Part shown: positions 51,062 through 60,932 of the stretch, one piece after another | Layout of the letters: each line of letters starts with the position of its first letter | Position numbering within the stretch: the stretch's first letter is position 1 | Made by a program: the position numbers and the translations under genes | NCBI GenBank assembly: GCA_965214775.1 | Contig: OZ243974.1 | Location: 1,248,001-1,312,000, forward strand | From: Nitrosopumilus sp. | Lineage (GTDB): Archaea; Thermoproteota; Nitrososphaeria; Nitrososphaerales; Nitrosopumilaceae | Length of the DNA: 64,000 nucleotides | Direction: 5' to 3' | Notes under the pieces: model-generated | Database searches by the model: none | The model's input: only the letters and a program-made list of their open reading frames with translations | Told to the model about the DNA's origin: nothing

Positions 51062-51220
51062 ATGGCCCAACTTAACGCAAACATATCCTCAGAATTAGAC
51101 AAAGAATTCCGAGAAACGGTGTATAAAAAAAAGGGACTAAAGCGAGGAGTTTTGCTGGAATCTCTTGAAGAGGCCATAAAGCTTTGGATACTTGAACAAA
51201 AAAATAAGGAGCAAGGATAG
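51062..51220 (+). CDS. Small ribbon-helix-helix protein (52 aa)
   Basis: MAQLNANISSELDKEFRETV...LEEAIKLWI. Confidence 0.65.
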   Translation: MAQLNANISSELDKEFRETVYKKKGLKRGVLLESLEEAIKLWILEQKNKEQG

Positions 51221-51450
51221 CTAGAAATCTTTTTTCGGCAAAACTTTGGAGATTTTGTATGTGGCTGGATCCCTTGATAAGAGTCTGGGCGTGCGGGACA
51301 ACTCATCACTGCCAGCCAGGCCCGGGTTGGGCGCGCATAACTGTGATGTAACCATATGTGTCTCAAAAACAAAATTCAGATGGTGCCAAAATAAATTGCG
51401 ATGCAAACAAACAGACGCTATATGAAATCTTATCTGTATCCTGTGATATA

Positions 51451-52558
51451 TAGCAATGATCAGAAGTCTTTGAGCCAAAACAGGATCATTCGAAAAGTAT
51501 ATGGATCGCCTAACCGGCGCAATGGCATGGCAAAAGAAACGGACAAAAGCCTGTCAGAGGCCATACGCAAGGAAAGGGATGCCAAAGTCTACAAGAAGAT
51601 CATGGCATTGATGTTTGTGCTAGAAGACGACGTGGGTGTGCCCGAGACTGCAAGAAGGGTCCGGTGCAGCGAGAATTCCGTGCGCAACTGGCTGGCGAGG
51701 TTTTCGGAGGACGGCATAGACGGTCTCCGGGATCTTCCTCGTTCCGGATGCAGACCAATGGTGGACAGAGAAAGTATTGCCGCCATAATGGACCTGTCCA
51801 CTGCATGCAAAAGTACTGATGTCATGACGGTGCGCGATGACATAAGGGATGCCACCGGGATAGAATACAGCACAGAACATGTCCGAAAATTGATGCGCCA
51901 GCACGGCCTGTCGCGCCGCAAGGTGCAAAACATACATGTCAACCATGCCACCCCAAGCTCCGTATACTCGTGGCAGCGGTATCTTGAAAACGTGCGGATT
52001 CCGTGCCTGAAAAACGACGGTTTTACGCTGGTGTCATCTGATGAGTCATTCTTCGTGCAGGGCGCATACGACAGATACGTGTGGGATCCGGTCGGCACCA
52101 GAAGTGTGGCATCGTATTCGGGGGACCACACAAAGGTGGCCGTGTTTGGAAGCATCGCAGAAGACGGCAGAAGGCTGTTCAGGACGTTTACGGGATCGTT
52201 TACGCCGGTGCAGTTCATAGAATGTCTGGAGGCGTTGCGCGCCAAGTTTGGCAGGGTTGCTGTCTTTTGTGACAGGTGGAGCGTGCACAGATCTACTGAT
52301 GTCGCAAAATATCTGGCGGGCCATCCCGATGTCAGGCTGATAATGATCCCGAAAGGATCGCCGTACCTCAATATCGTGGAAGAATGCTGGAACCTAGGCA
52401 AGCATTTTGTTTTCAGGGGGATAGTGTACAGAAGGATCAGCGAGCTGCGGCACACCATATCCGAGTATTACAGGACGGTGTCATTTGCCCACCTTTGCAT
52501 GTACAAGTACATTTACAGATCGCCGGTCAAAGCCCTCAATTACTTGTGACCGTTGCTA
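51451..52558 (+). mobile_element. IS630-family element, apparently intact (CDS about 51527-52549), inserted in a third IS110 left end
   Basis: Ends tagcaa and ttgcta with TA duplication. HTH plus DES...D...NIVEECW. 51412-51448 matches 4183-4219. Confidence 0.88.
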
Positions 52559-52730
52559 TAGGAAAGGATGTGTGTGTGACATGAATGTTAGTATTCAGTA
52601 GTTCCGATTGTGGCCTGAAAATAAAGCAAATTGACAGATTTTTATGATCATTTGGATCTATAGGGGGTACTTTTAGCAATTTCTCCATGACAAAAAGTGG
52701 CAGGGCCGCTCAAAAGCCGTACGGACACAG

Positions 52731-52868
52731 AGAGTTGATTCGAAATTAGCAGATTCAGATTATTTGTAGACGAATTTGCACAAAATAGCTCAAAACACCA
52801 ACAAAATACAAGTTATCTGTGAAATTACTTGAAAAATTCATACGGTCTCTAATTTCGGATCACCTCTC
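52731..52868. mobile_element. MITE family A
   Basis: TIRs and body similar to the other family-A copies. Confidence 0.85.
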
Positions 52869-53366
52869 TGAGGCCGAATTTCGGATACTTTTCACTTAGC
52901 TGCTCAAACTAGAAGGTTTATTGGTTCCCACAAGTGATGAGATTTCTTCTCAGATTAAATACTGTTTATGGCAAAGATGTCTTTTGAGTAAATAGAGGCG
53001 ATCTACTGATGGCCTGCACACAACTTCTGTGAGACGCATCTTGACAAACAGATGTTTTTAGAATACGATGAAGACGGGCAGATTCTGGGGTTTGTTCAAA
53101 GTCAATTGCGCAGGTTAGTCCAACTTGGCTTTCAGTCATGACCAAACATTCTCGCAACAAAATTGATGTCTGCATGTTACAACAATCCACAGTGACGATC
53201 AAAAATTCTTTAACTCATGTGATGTGGGCCACTAGGTGGATACTTTTTGTTGCTGAATAACTTCTAATCTACACCACAGCCTATTGTTTTCGTTTATGCA
53301 GTCTACTATGCTATTCTTTTTATGATTATGCGTGGAACCGGAAGGATAATTACTTCAAGTGCCTCG

Positions 53367-53555
53367 TTAGACTTTTTTTATTCTAAGAACTAGTTTAGCT
53401 TTTCTGAGCGGCAGATCATTTTTTCTGATGTATTGTACCATCTTTCCAACATCCTTAAGAATTGCGTCAATTTCATCACGTACGGGTTTTGACCTGTTTG
53501 GATACTGCTTTTTAAAATCTTTAGAAAAGGAAATGAGTTTTTTTGAGGTTGCCAT
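53367..53555 (-). CDS. Small basic hypothetical protein
   Basis: 62-aa ORF with a TATA-like element upstream. Confidence 0.4.
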   Translation of the reverse strand: MATSKKLISFSKDFKKQYPNRSKPVRDEIDAILKDVGKMVQYIRKNDLPLRKAKLVLRIKKV

Positions 53556-53602
53556 TACTTGACTGAAGCGTGGAGCGCCTTTATAGCAGTTTCCACATCC
53601 GG

Positions 53603-54115
53603 GGCGTTGTCCGGAATCGTGATTTTAGGACGTGATTTCCGGGGAGATTTGTACAAAATCATGGCGCAATGACTGCAAACATAGAGACGAATCCGCACTC
53701 CGGCCCGCATTGTGTAGTTATGGCCCGTGTTTTGACGTCATACTGCATAGCATCCGCTAGCCGGACGATTCCACCGTACCGGCATTATGGATCCTAGCTG
53801 ACCAGATTGTAGCAGAATACCTTGAGGGTAAGCCTGAGCGACTGCATCGGAAGCGACATGGCGCGCACCGTGGAGTCAAACCTTGCCTTTATCGACGAGA
53901 AGGCCGACTCAACGAGGCTGCGCTGGTGGTACGTCTTCTCGAATCCCTCGGGGTCCTTTTTGTGCCATCTTAGCATCTTGGAGCGGGCGTTGAACCCGTG
54001 AACCGTATATCCTGTACGCGGACATATCACTGGGGTTCTGCCTCCGTCGGCTATGACCCTGCAGTTCTCATACGAGTCGTATGCGGCATCCAGGATCACG
54101 TGTCCTGTGCCGTTG
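53603..54115 (-). mobile_element. IS5 copy 3, 3' portion only
   Basis: Reverse complement of about 3453-3965. Confidence 0.9.
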
Positions 54116-54744
54116 GTTGCTGCTGCTGCTGCTGTCCGAGCAGTGTGTTTAGCCGCTCGATTTCTTTTTGCATCTGCTCTTTCTCTTTTTCAACTGTCTC
54201 CATCTTAGACTTCATGTGTTCAAACAGGCGGATCACGTCGGGAATGCTCCAGTCCACGTCAGTAATGTCAGAATCTCCGATCAATACCGGAAAGACAGAT
54301 CCAACGATCTTTATGTGTTGTGATTCTTCCAAATAGCCTGCTGGTTGGAGGTGCTGCCCGGGTGACCTCCGGGGTTGCAAGATTCACGCCTGAGCTTCCA
54401 GAGCCTGACCTGTTACCCTGCAGGCAGCCCAGCCTGAATTGTTTCGAGTTTGGAGCCGTCTTGTGGGGAACTTCTGGGAAGACTGATGTATTTCCAGAAC
54501 TAAGAAAATAGATTTAGAACTCATACAGAAAATAAAATCATGTATTTTAGTGACATAAAATTAATTTAATTTTGGCAAGTTTTAAGATCTTGTTAATTTA
54601 AATAAAGTTGTGTTTGACAGGACTGAGCGTGATTATCTTTGTGGAGGATTTCATCCTGGCAAAAATTGCTAACGTTAAATCCTTCATTCCACTAGAAAGA
54701 AACTTACCCTGTTGTATTCCTGTCTTTTGCTTATTCAATCCAAG

Positions 54745-54822
54745 CCGGAGGCTCTTTGCACCGTAGGCGCACAACTTGTAAGTCTGACGTCATCATACTA
54801 GGAGGCTAAACTAATTCCGCCT
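54745..54822 (-). pseudogene. Decayed duplicate of tRNA-Gly
   Basis: Shares ctaaactaattccgcct and ctgacgtcat with the tRNA, with weaker similarity toward the T arm. Confidence 0.65.
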
Positions 54823-54872
54823 AGCCAATTTTCAATAACCATGATTAAATATCTTAATTGGCAACTTGTATT

Positions 54873-55046
54873 ATGGATGCACGATGTCCTGAATGTGAGA
54901 AAGTTGCAGTTTTAGATGACGCAGTTACAAAAGTAAAATGCCCACACTGCAATTTTGAAGCAGACTATGAATCCTATCTGGAAATCATGAAGGATCAGGC
55001 TCTTAATATGGCATCTGACTATATTCCTGACAGGTCAGGACTTTGA
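54873..55046 (+). CDS. Small zinc-binding protein
   Basis: CPEC...CPHC motif. Confidence 0.7.
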   Translation: MDARCPECEKVAVLDDAVTKVKCPHCNFEADYESYLEIMKDQALNMASDYIPDRSGL

Positions 55047-55169
55047 TCACCAGTAATTCCCTTTATCAGAACAATCCAAGTGAGAGCCACAATTTGGACA
55101 GAACATGTGGCATGCCTGAATGTCTACCATCTCTTTTTCGCATCTGGGGCACGTGATGCTTTCTGCCAT
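55047..55169 (-). CDS. 40-aa zinc-ribbon microprotein
   Basis: MAESITCPRCEKEM...CPNCGSHLDCSDKGNYW. Below the ORF-track length cutoff. Confidence 0.65.
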   Translation of the reverse strand: MAESITCPRCEKEMVDIQACHMFCPNCGSHLDCSDKGNYW

Positions 55170-55245
55170 GTGACTATTCTGGGGAGTTCGGATTTAAAAA
55201 TAATGTCCAAAGGTTAATTAGTCGTTCAGCATTTTCTGGGAATGC

Positions 55246-55662
55246 TTGGCAAATTTCAAGTTGACAATATCAGACATTAAAGGAAAATCCGTCACAAAAG
55301 AACTCAAAGGCGTCGATGCAAATCCGCTGCTGGGGCTGGAATTGGGAAAAGAAGCTGATGCATCAATTGCTGGATTGAGCGGAAAACTAAAACTCACTGG
55401 AGGCAGCGACAAATCTGGCGTTCCAATGAGGAACGACATTCATGGCTCTGCCAGACAATATGTTCTCTTGTCAAAGGGCGTCGGATTGCAAGATGCAGAA
55501 ACCGGCCAAAGGGTCAGAAAGCTGATGAGGGGAAATACCATCTCTGAAGAAATCTACCAAGTCAACTGTAAATTCGATGGTGAATTGCCCGCAGCAGAAC
55601 AGACGCCTGCTGAAGAAGCCGAAAAATCTGAAGAAAACACCCCTGGAGAAAAAAAAGAATAA
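55246..55662 (+). CDS. rps6e: Ribosomal protein S6e
   Basis: LTGGSDKSGVPMR and RGNTIS motifs. Confidence 0.95.
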   Translation: MANFKLTISDIKGKSVTKELKGVDANPLLGLELGKEADASIAGLSGKLKLTGGSDKSGVPMRNDIHGSARQYVLLSKGVGLQDAETGQRVRKLMRGNTISEEIYQVNCKFDGELPAAEQTPAEEAEKSEENTPGEKKE

Positions 55663-55693
55663 CTTAACATATAACGATTCTACATTTTGACTC

Positions 55694-56956
55694 ATGCATT
55701 GGAGAGAAACGCTTCCCGACTGGTATGTAAAAAAATATGGTTATCAGCCTTGTATAAATATTGGAACTGCAGGACATGTTGATCACGGAAAAACGACTTT
55801 AATTCAGTCACTGACTGGTTCTTGGACTAGCGTCCATAGCCAGGAACTAAAACGTGGAATTACAATTAGAGTGGGCTATTCAGATGCAGCATTTTACAAA
55901 TGCAAAAAATGCGAAGAGCCGTTATGCTATTCAACAACTCCAAAATGCAACAACTGTGGAAAGGAAAGCGAACTGTCAAGAGTTGTAAGTTTTGTGGATA
56001 GCCCGGGACACGAAAGTTTGATGGCAAACATGCTTTCGGGATCTGCATTAATGGATGGCGCACTTTTGCTGGTTGCATCTAATGAGAAAGTTCCAAGACC
56101 CCAGACAAAAGAACACCTTTTGGCCCTTCAGACTTTGGGGATACGGCAAATCGTCGTTGCCCAGAACAAGGTTGACCTGCTAAGCTACAAAGAGGCCGTC
56201 TCTAATTACCGGGACATCTCAAAGTTTGTCAAAGGAACCCATGCATCCAAAGCTCCAGTAATTCCTATTTCTGCACAATCTGGCCTGAACATCGATGCGT
56301 TAATTGGAGCAATGGAAGACACCATCAAAACTCCAGAACGTGACGAAAAAAAAGACGCGGTAATGCACGTATTGCGCTCCTTTGATGTAAACAGACCGGG
56401 TACCAAATTAAAAGAAATCAAGGGAGGCGTCATTGGAGGAAGCTTGACGCAAGGAGTTTTTAATACAGGCGACGAAATTGAAATAAAACCGGGAATCTCA
56501 AATGAAAAAAAGAAGACCTACGAGCCGCTACAAACTGAAATTACCTCTTTGGGTACTGCAGCAGGAATCGTAGATTCTGTAAAACCTGGCGGATTAGTGG
56601 CAATTGGAACCAAACTAGATCCCTCCATGACGAGAAGTGACTCTTTTATTGGCTCTGTAATTGGAAAACCAGGAACGTTGCCTGAAAATTCAAAAAGTCT
56701 AAAACTTGAAGTCAGCCTGTTTGATTCTGCCGTAGGTACAACAGAAGACATCAAAGTCCAACCAATTCAATCAGGGGAATCGCTTCGACTAAACATTGGA
56801 ACTGCGCCGATCCTTGCCAAAGTCACAAAAACAAAATCCAAGAACATTGAACTAGAACTAAGAAGACCTGCCTGCATCTTTGAAGGTGGAAACGTGGCAA
56901 TCAGTAGAAGAATTTCTGAAAGATGGAGATTAATTGGTGCAGGAACAGTTGGTTGA
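55694..56956 (+). CDS. eif2g: Translation initiation factor 2 gamma subunit
   Basis: GHVDHGKTT, RGITI, DSPGH and NKVD motifs. Confidence 0.95.
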   Translation: MHWRETLPDWYVKKYGYQPCINIGTAGHVDHGKTTLIQSLTGSWTSVHSQELKRGITIRVGYSDAAFYKCKKCEEPLCYSTTPKCNNCGKESELSRVVSFVDSPGHESLMANMLSGSALMDGALLLVASNEKVPRPQTKEHLLALQTLGIRQIVVAQNKVDLLSYKEAVSNYRDISKFVKGTHASKAPVIPISAQSGLNIDALIGAMEDTIKTPERDEKKDAVMHVLRSFDVNRPGTKLKEIKGGVIGGSLTQGVFNTGDEIEIKPGISNEKKKTYEPLQTEITSLGTAAGIVDSVKPGGLVAIGTKLDPSMTRSDSFIGSVIGKPGTLPENSKSLKLEVSLFDSAVGTTEDIKVQPIQSGESLRLNIGTAPILAKVTKTKSKNIELELRRPACIFEGGNVAISRRISERWRLIGAGTVG

Positions 56957-57317
56957 CGTAATTTGCGACACAAGTTTCTTGATTCATTTTGCTACGAAAA
57001 AAATCGTCAATATTGACAGTCTTGACGTTGAAATTGGCCAACTCTCGTTTTTAGTTCCCAATGTGGTCCGAAACGAACTGATCAAATTGCAACAAAACCC
57101 GACTAAAAAACAAGATATTGATCACACCCTGAATTTCATAAAAAAATTTCAAACCCTTGAAATTAACGGAACTTTTGCCGACAAGGAAATTTTGGATTAC
57201 ATTTCAAACAGCAATTCAATTGTGGCAACAATGGATAAAGAATTAAAAAGCCAAATCAAATCCAAGGGACGATCGGTCATGTCAGTTAACAACAATCGAA
57301 TTATTCTGGAATCTTAG
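56949..57317 (+). CDS. PIN-domain protein (Fcf1/Utp24-like)
   Basis: CDTSFL and VATMDKEL motifs, in the typical position after aIF2-gamma. Confidence 0.8.
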   Translation: MVDVICDTSFLIHFATKKIVNIDSLDVEIGQLSFLVPNVVRNELIKLQQNPTKKQDIDHTLNFIKKFQTLEINGTFADKEILDYISNSNSIVATMDKELKSQIKSKGRSVMSVNNNRIILES

Positions 57318-57352
57318 AAAAATTTAACTTCTAGTATCCTTTTTTTATCTTA

Positions 57353-57808
57353 ATGACTAGTCTTACTTTGGAAAGCGATTCATTTGAAAATAACGGGATC
57401 ATCCCAAAAAAATTTGGATATAAAAATGGAAACACTAGCCCTTCTTTGAGAATATCGAACATTCCTGAAAATACCAAATCATTGGCACTTGTAATGGATG
57501 ATCCGGATGCAATGCAGGCTGTTGGAAAAGTGTGGGTACATTGGATACTGTATAACATTCCCACAAATTCGGTTTTTCAAGAAAATAAAATTCCTTCAGA
57601 GTGCATTGAAGGAAAAACCGACTTTGGAGATATAGGCTATGGCGGACCGGCTCCTCCTGACAAAGAACATACCTATGTTTTCAAATTATACGCACTGGAT
57701 AATGTCTTGAATTCAAGTGATCCCCTCTCAAAGGAGGAACTCGAAAAGTTAATGGACGGCCATATAATCTCTCAAGCAACCCTGCAAGGCAGATATTCTC
57801 CGCAATAG
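57353..57808 (+). CDS. YbhB/YbcL (PEBP-family) protein
   Basis: MDDPDA, WVHW, GYGGPAPP and LYALD motifs. Confidence 0.9.
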   Translation: MTSLTLESDSFENNGIIPKKFGYKNGNTSPSLRISNIPENTKSLALVMDDPDAMQAVGKVWVHWILYNIPTNSVFQENKIPSECIEGKTDFGDIGYGGPAPPDKEHTYVFKLYALDNVLNSSDPLSKEELEKLMDGHIISQATLQGRYSPQ

Positions 57809-57822
57809 CCAGCAGACCGAAA

Positions 57823-57964
57823 CAGTAGCTCAAAATGTACACTCTGAATCCCAACTCTGAGATTGTGTCTTTGCCCATTCACAGCTCTGCACGCATGGGA
57901 TTCTGCATGCCAAGGTCCCACGAGACGGCGGCCACAAGTAACAGTGGCACATTTTCAACTACTG
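57823..57964. mobile_element. ISH3-type MITE
   Basis: Homolog of 463-604. Confidence 0.8.
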
Positions 57965-58042
57965 GGAAATGTACTCACTTTAAATCCACTTGGCAGACCA
58001 GCCAAGTGAAATGTAAATGAGATTTGTTGTTTTGCCTTGCTA

Positions 58043-58121
58043 TAGCAACGAGCAGAAATAATTGAGGTTTTTTACGTGTAGTTATGACCTACTTTGACTC
58101 AAAGACTTCTGCCCGTTGCTA
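58043..58121. mobile_element. MITE family C
   Basis: TA-flanked, matches 49015-49093. Confidence 0.85.
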
Positions 58122-58405
58122 TATTGAGGCGTCGTACCCACTGCCCAGTCTTGTTTTTGCTCGATTTTTTGGCACGTTTTACTTGGCTGCAGACAGCATG
58201 AAATACATGAAATAATCAAATCAGTGATCGAACAAAAAAATAGTGACAAAAATCGAATCAACAAAAGAGAATGAGGAAGAAACAAAAAAGAAGGTCGACT
58301 CTGGCAAAAAACCAAGCTATAATTTTGCATGGCCGGAACAAAAGCAGAAAGAATCAAACCTACCCTGTGATTTGGTCTCGGATTTTTTTATTATGGTGTT
58401 TTAGT

Positions 58406-60070
58406 GGGATTGTCACCTAATTCGCCAGAACTCCTGAAAACCACTGAGATGTCAGTGGATCAGACGTGCAAAATGGCGGAAATTCAGAAAAACGTGCAGG
58501 TTGAGTCAAACAAGTCAGTACTTCCTAGGTGTACTTTTACAGGCACGGTAATTACGTAATTTGGAGAAGATCTTATGCGTAAACGAAGTTAGCGGCTATG
58601 GCGTGCCGGGTCTGCAAAAGCACATCTATAGCAACGAGCAGAAATAATTGAGGTTTTTTACGTGTAGGGCGTTGTCCGGAATCGTGATTTTAGGACGTGA
58701 TTTCCGGGGAGATTTGTACAAAATCATGGCGCAATGACTGCAAACATAGAGACGAATCCGCACTCCGGCCCGCATTGTGTAGTTATGGCCCGTGTTTTGA
58801 CGTCATACTGCATAGCATCCGCTAGCCGGACGATTCCACCGTACCGGCATTATGGATCCTAGCTGACCAGATTGTAGCAGAATACCTTGAGGGTAAGCCT
58901 GAGCGACTGCATCGGAAGCGACATGGCGCGCACCGTGGAGTCAAACCTTGCCTTTATCGACGAGAAGGCCGACTCAACGAGGCTGCGCTGGTGGTACGTC
59001 TTCTCGAATCCCTCGGGGTCCTTTTTGTGCCATCTTAGCATCTTGGAGCGGGCGTTGAACCCGTGAACCGTATATCCTATACGCGGACATATCACTGGGG
59101 TTCTGCCTCCGTCGGCTATGACCCTGCAGTTCTCATACGAGTCGTATGCGGCATCCAGGATCACGTGTCCTGTGCCGTTGGGAACCTGCGGTAGCAGCTC
59201 GTTACGGAACACCGGGGAATCATGGAATTCGCCCGGCGTCACCTCGCAGGCGGCAATCTTGCCGTGCGGGGCCAACAGTATGTGCAGCTTGGCAAACATC
59301 TGCCTGGATATGACGCCCTTCTTTGCGTCCTCCCATGTGTGGTATCTCATTATGGAGAAACCGCTAGAGTCGCCAAGCAACGTTCCCCTGGCGTCTGCGC
59401 CTGCCTGTTCTGAGAGTACCGATCTTAGCACCGACTTGTCCCAGGCAGCTATCCTTACGGCTGCATCATGCAGTGTCGACTTGGCCGGAACCTTTTTGAG
59501 CCCGTACATGTTAGTTGAACCAGGATTCGACTCCATGTATTCGACGTGTCTGCGATACGAGTTTCCGCGGTACTCCATGTCGAGTACGCACAGAAGATAG
59601 GGAATTTCATCCTCTTGCTCTGTGTTATGGAGGAGGGACAGGAGGATCTTGCGGATCTTTTTGATTCCGATGCCGCACCTCTTGCTGTCCTCTCTCCTTT
59701 TTTTCTCGTACTCGGCATAGTATTCCGGAGGTCTCGTGTACTCTGACTTTTTTTTCTTGCTGGTCTTGCTGGATTCCTTCTTGGATTCCTTCTTGGATTC
59801 CTTCTTGGATTCCTTCTTGGATTCCTTCTTGGATTCCTTCTTGGATTCCTTCTTGGATTCCTTCTTGTTGGTCTTTGATTTCATTGATACGGGGACGTCG
59901 ATCCTATGATCCATAAGGTTGTCGCATCCTGCGCTTATGATCTATAAGCTTATCGGTAGATTTCTGGAAAAATTCCGGACAACGCCTACGTGTAGTTATG
60001 ACCTGCTTTGACTCAAAGACTTCTGCCCGTTGCTATAGGAAGTACTGAAGTGGAACTAGGCGACAACCCC
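58406..60070. mobile_element. Four-level nest: MITE B > ISH3-type MITE (58516-60047) > MITE C (58629-60035) > IS5 (58668-59986)
   Basis: The three inner layers have TSDs aagt, ta and tacgtgtag. Confidence 0.85.
58859..59914 (-). CDS. IS5-family transposase, copy 2, (KKES)8
   Basis: Near-identical to 2707-3774. Confidence 0.9.
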   Translation of the reverse strand: MDHRIDVPVSMKSKTNKKESKKESKKESKKESKKESKKESKKESKKESSKTSKKKKSEYTRPPEYYAEYEKKRREDSKRCGIGIKKIRKILLSLLHNTEQEDEIPYLLCVLDMEYRGNSYRRHVEYMESNPGSTNMYGLKKVPAKSTLHDAAVRIAAWDKSVLRSVLSEQAGADARGTLLGDSSGFSIMRYHTWEDAKKGVISRQMFAKLHILLAPHGKIAACEVTPGEFHDSPVFRNELLPQVPNGTGHVILDAAYDSYENCRVIADGGRTPVICPRIGYTVHGFNARSKMLRWHKKDPEGFEKTYHQRSLVESAFSSIKARFDSTVRAMSLPMQSLRLTLKVFCYNLVS

Positions 60071-60850
60071 CTCCTAAAAAGACCAAAAACGACATAATAC
60101 GAGCCGGAAAAAGGGACAGGTTCAAGCATGCAGAACCAAACCAGTTGTGGGAGACTGACATTACATACGTCTGGTGTGGCATTGACGGCTGGTGCCACTG
60201 CTTTAACATAATTGACACATTCACCAGAAGGTGGATGGCATACGTCTTTGACACGCAGGCCACCGCATAGATAGCAGTTGAGTCACTGACAAAGGCAGTC
60301 TTTACAATCTCGGCAGACGAGGCACGCAGACTGCTGATCAGAAGTGACAACGGCGTCCAGTATGCGAGCCGCGGGTTCAAAGACAATATGAGGGCGCTTG
60401 TGGTAAGGCACAAGTACATCTGGCACAACACGCCCAAACAAAACGGACATGTCCAGTCCTTCCACAAGACCCTCAAAAGGGAGTACGTCTGGCCGCATGA
60501 CTTTGCCAGGTTCCAGTATGCAGAAGTCGTCATTCCAGTGCACCGCTCATCAGACTTTATGCGTAATCTACCTGAATGAGATGAATTTGTTCGTAATAAT
60601 CCCAGATCTGAGCCGATTACGCATAAAGTCTATCTTCTCAATCTTGATGCCCATGACTTTGCCAGGTTCCAGTATGCAGAAGTCGTCATGGCAGAGGCGT
60701 TTGAGGATTACAACTCCAATAGGATCCACTCTGCGCTGGGATGCCATACATACATGCATGACCAAAAAGACAGAGTACGTAAAATCAAAGGGCAAGATGA
60801 TCACAAGAATTTGTCTAGATTGTCGGCTCGGTTCAGTTGACAACTTGAAC
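60071..60850 (+). pseudogene. IS3-family OrfB integrase remnant
   Basis: PNQLWETDITYV, IDTFTR, RSDNGVQY and NGHVQSFHKTLKRE motifs, with an internal stop. Confidence 0.8.
60496..60689. repeat. Repeat-insert-repeat (38+35+38) with an 80-bp MITE (60552-60631) inside the insert
   Basis: catgactttgccaggttccagtatgcagaagtcgtcat occurs twice. MITE TSD atc. Confidence 0.88.
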
Positions 60851-60932
60851 CGGCCACTCTGGCAAATTATGAAATGTCATTTGACATATTTCGCCAAATA
60901 GCGACTCGCCAAATAGCGACTCGCCAAATAGT

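Larger units (their letters stand above)
50630..51347. repeat. 49-bp perfect direct repeat pair (50630-50678 and 51299-51347)
   Basis: caactcatcactgccagccaggcccgggttgggcgcgcataactgtgat. Confidence 0.9.

Noticed and set aside
60534-60651. Insert reading GIKIEKIDERCT, TnpB-like
   Set aside because: After correct removal of the MITE TSD it reads GIKIEKMSGAL, and the resemblance disappears.
60891-60931. 15-bp tandem repeat tcgccaaatagcgac
   Set aside because: Simple slippage beside an IS end, with no functional evidence.
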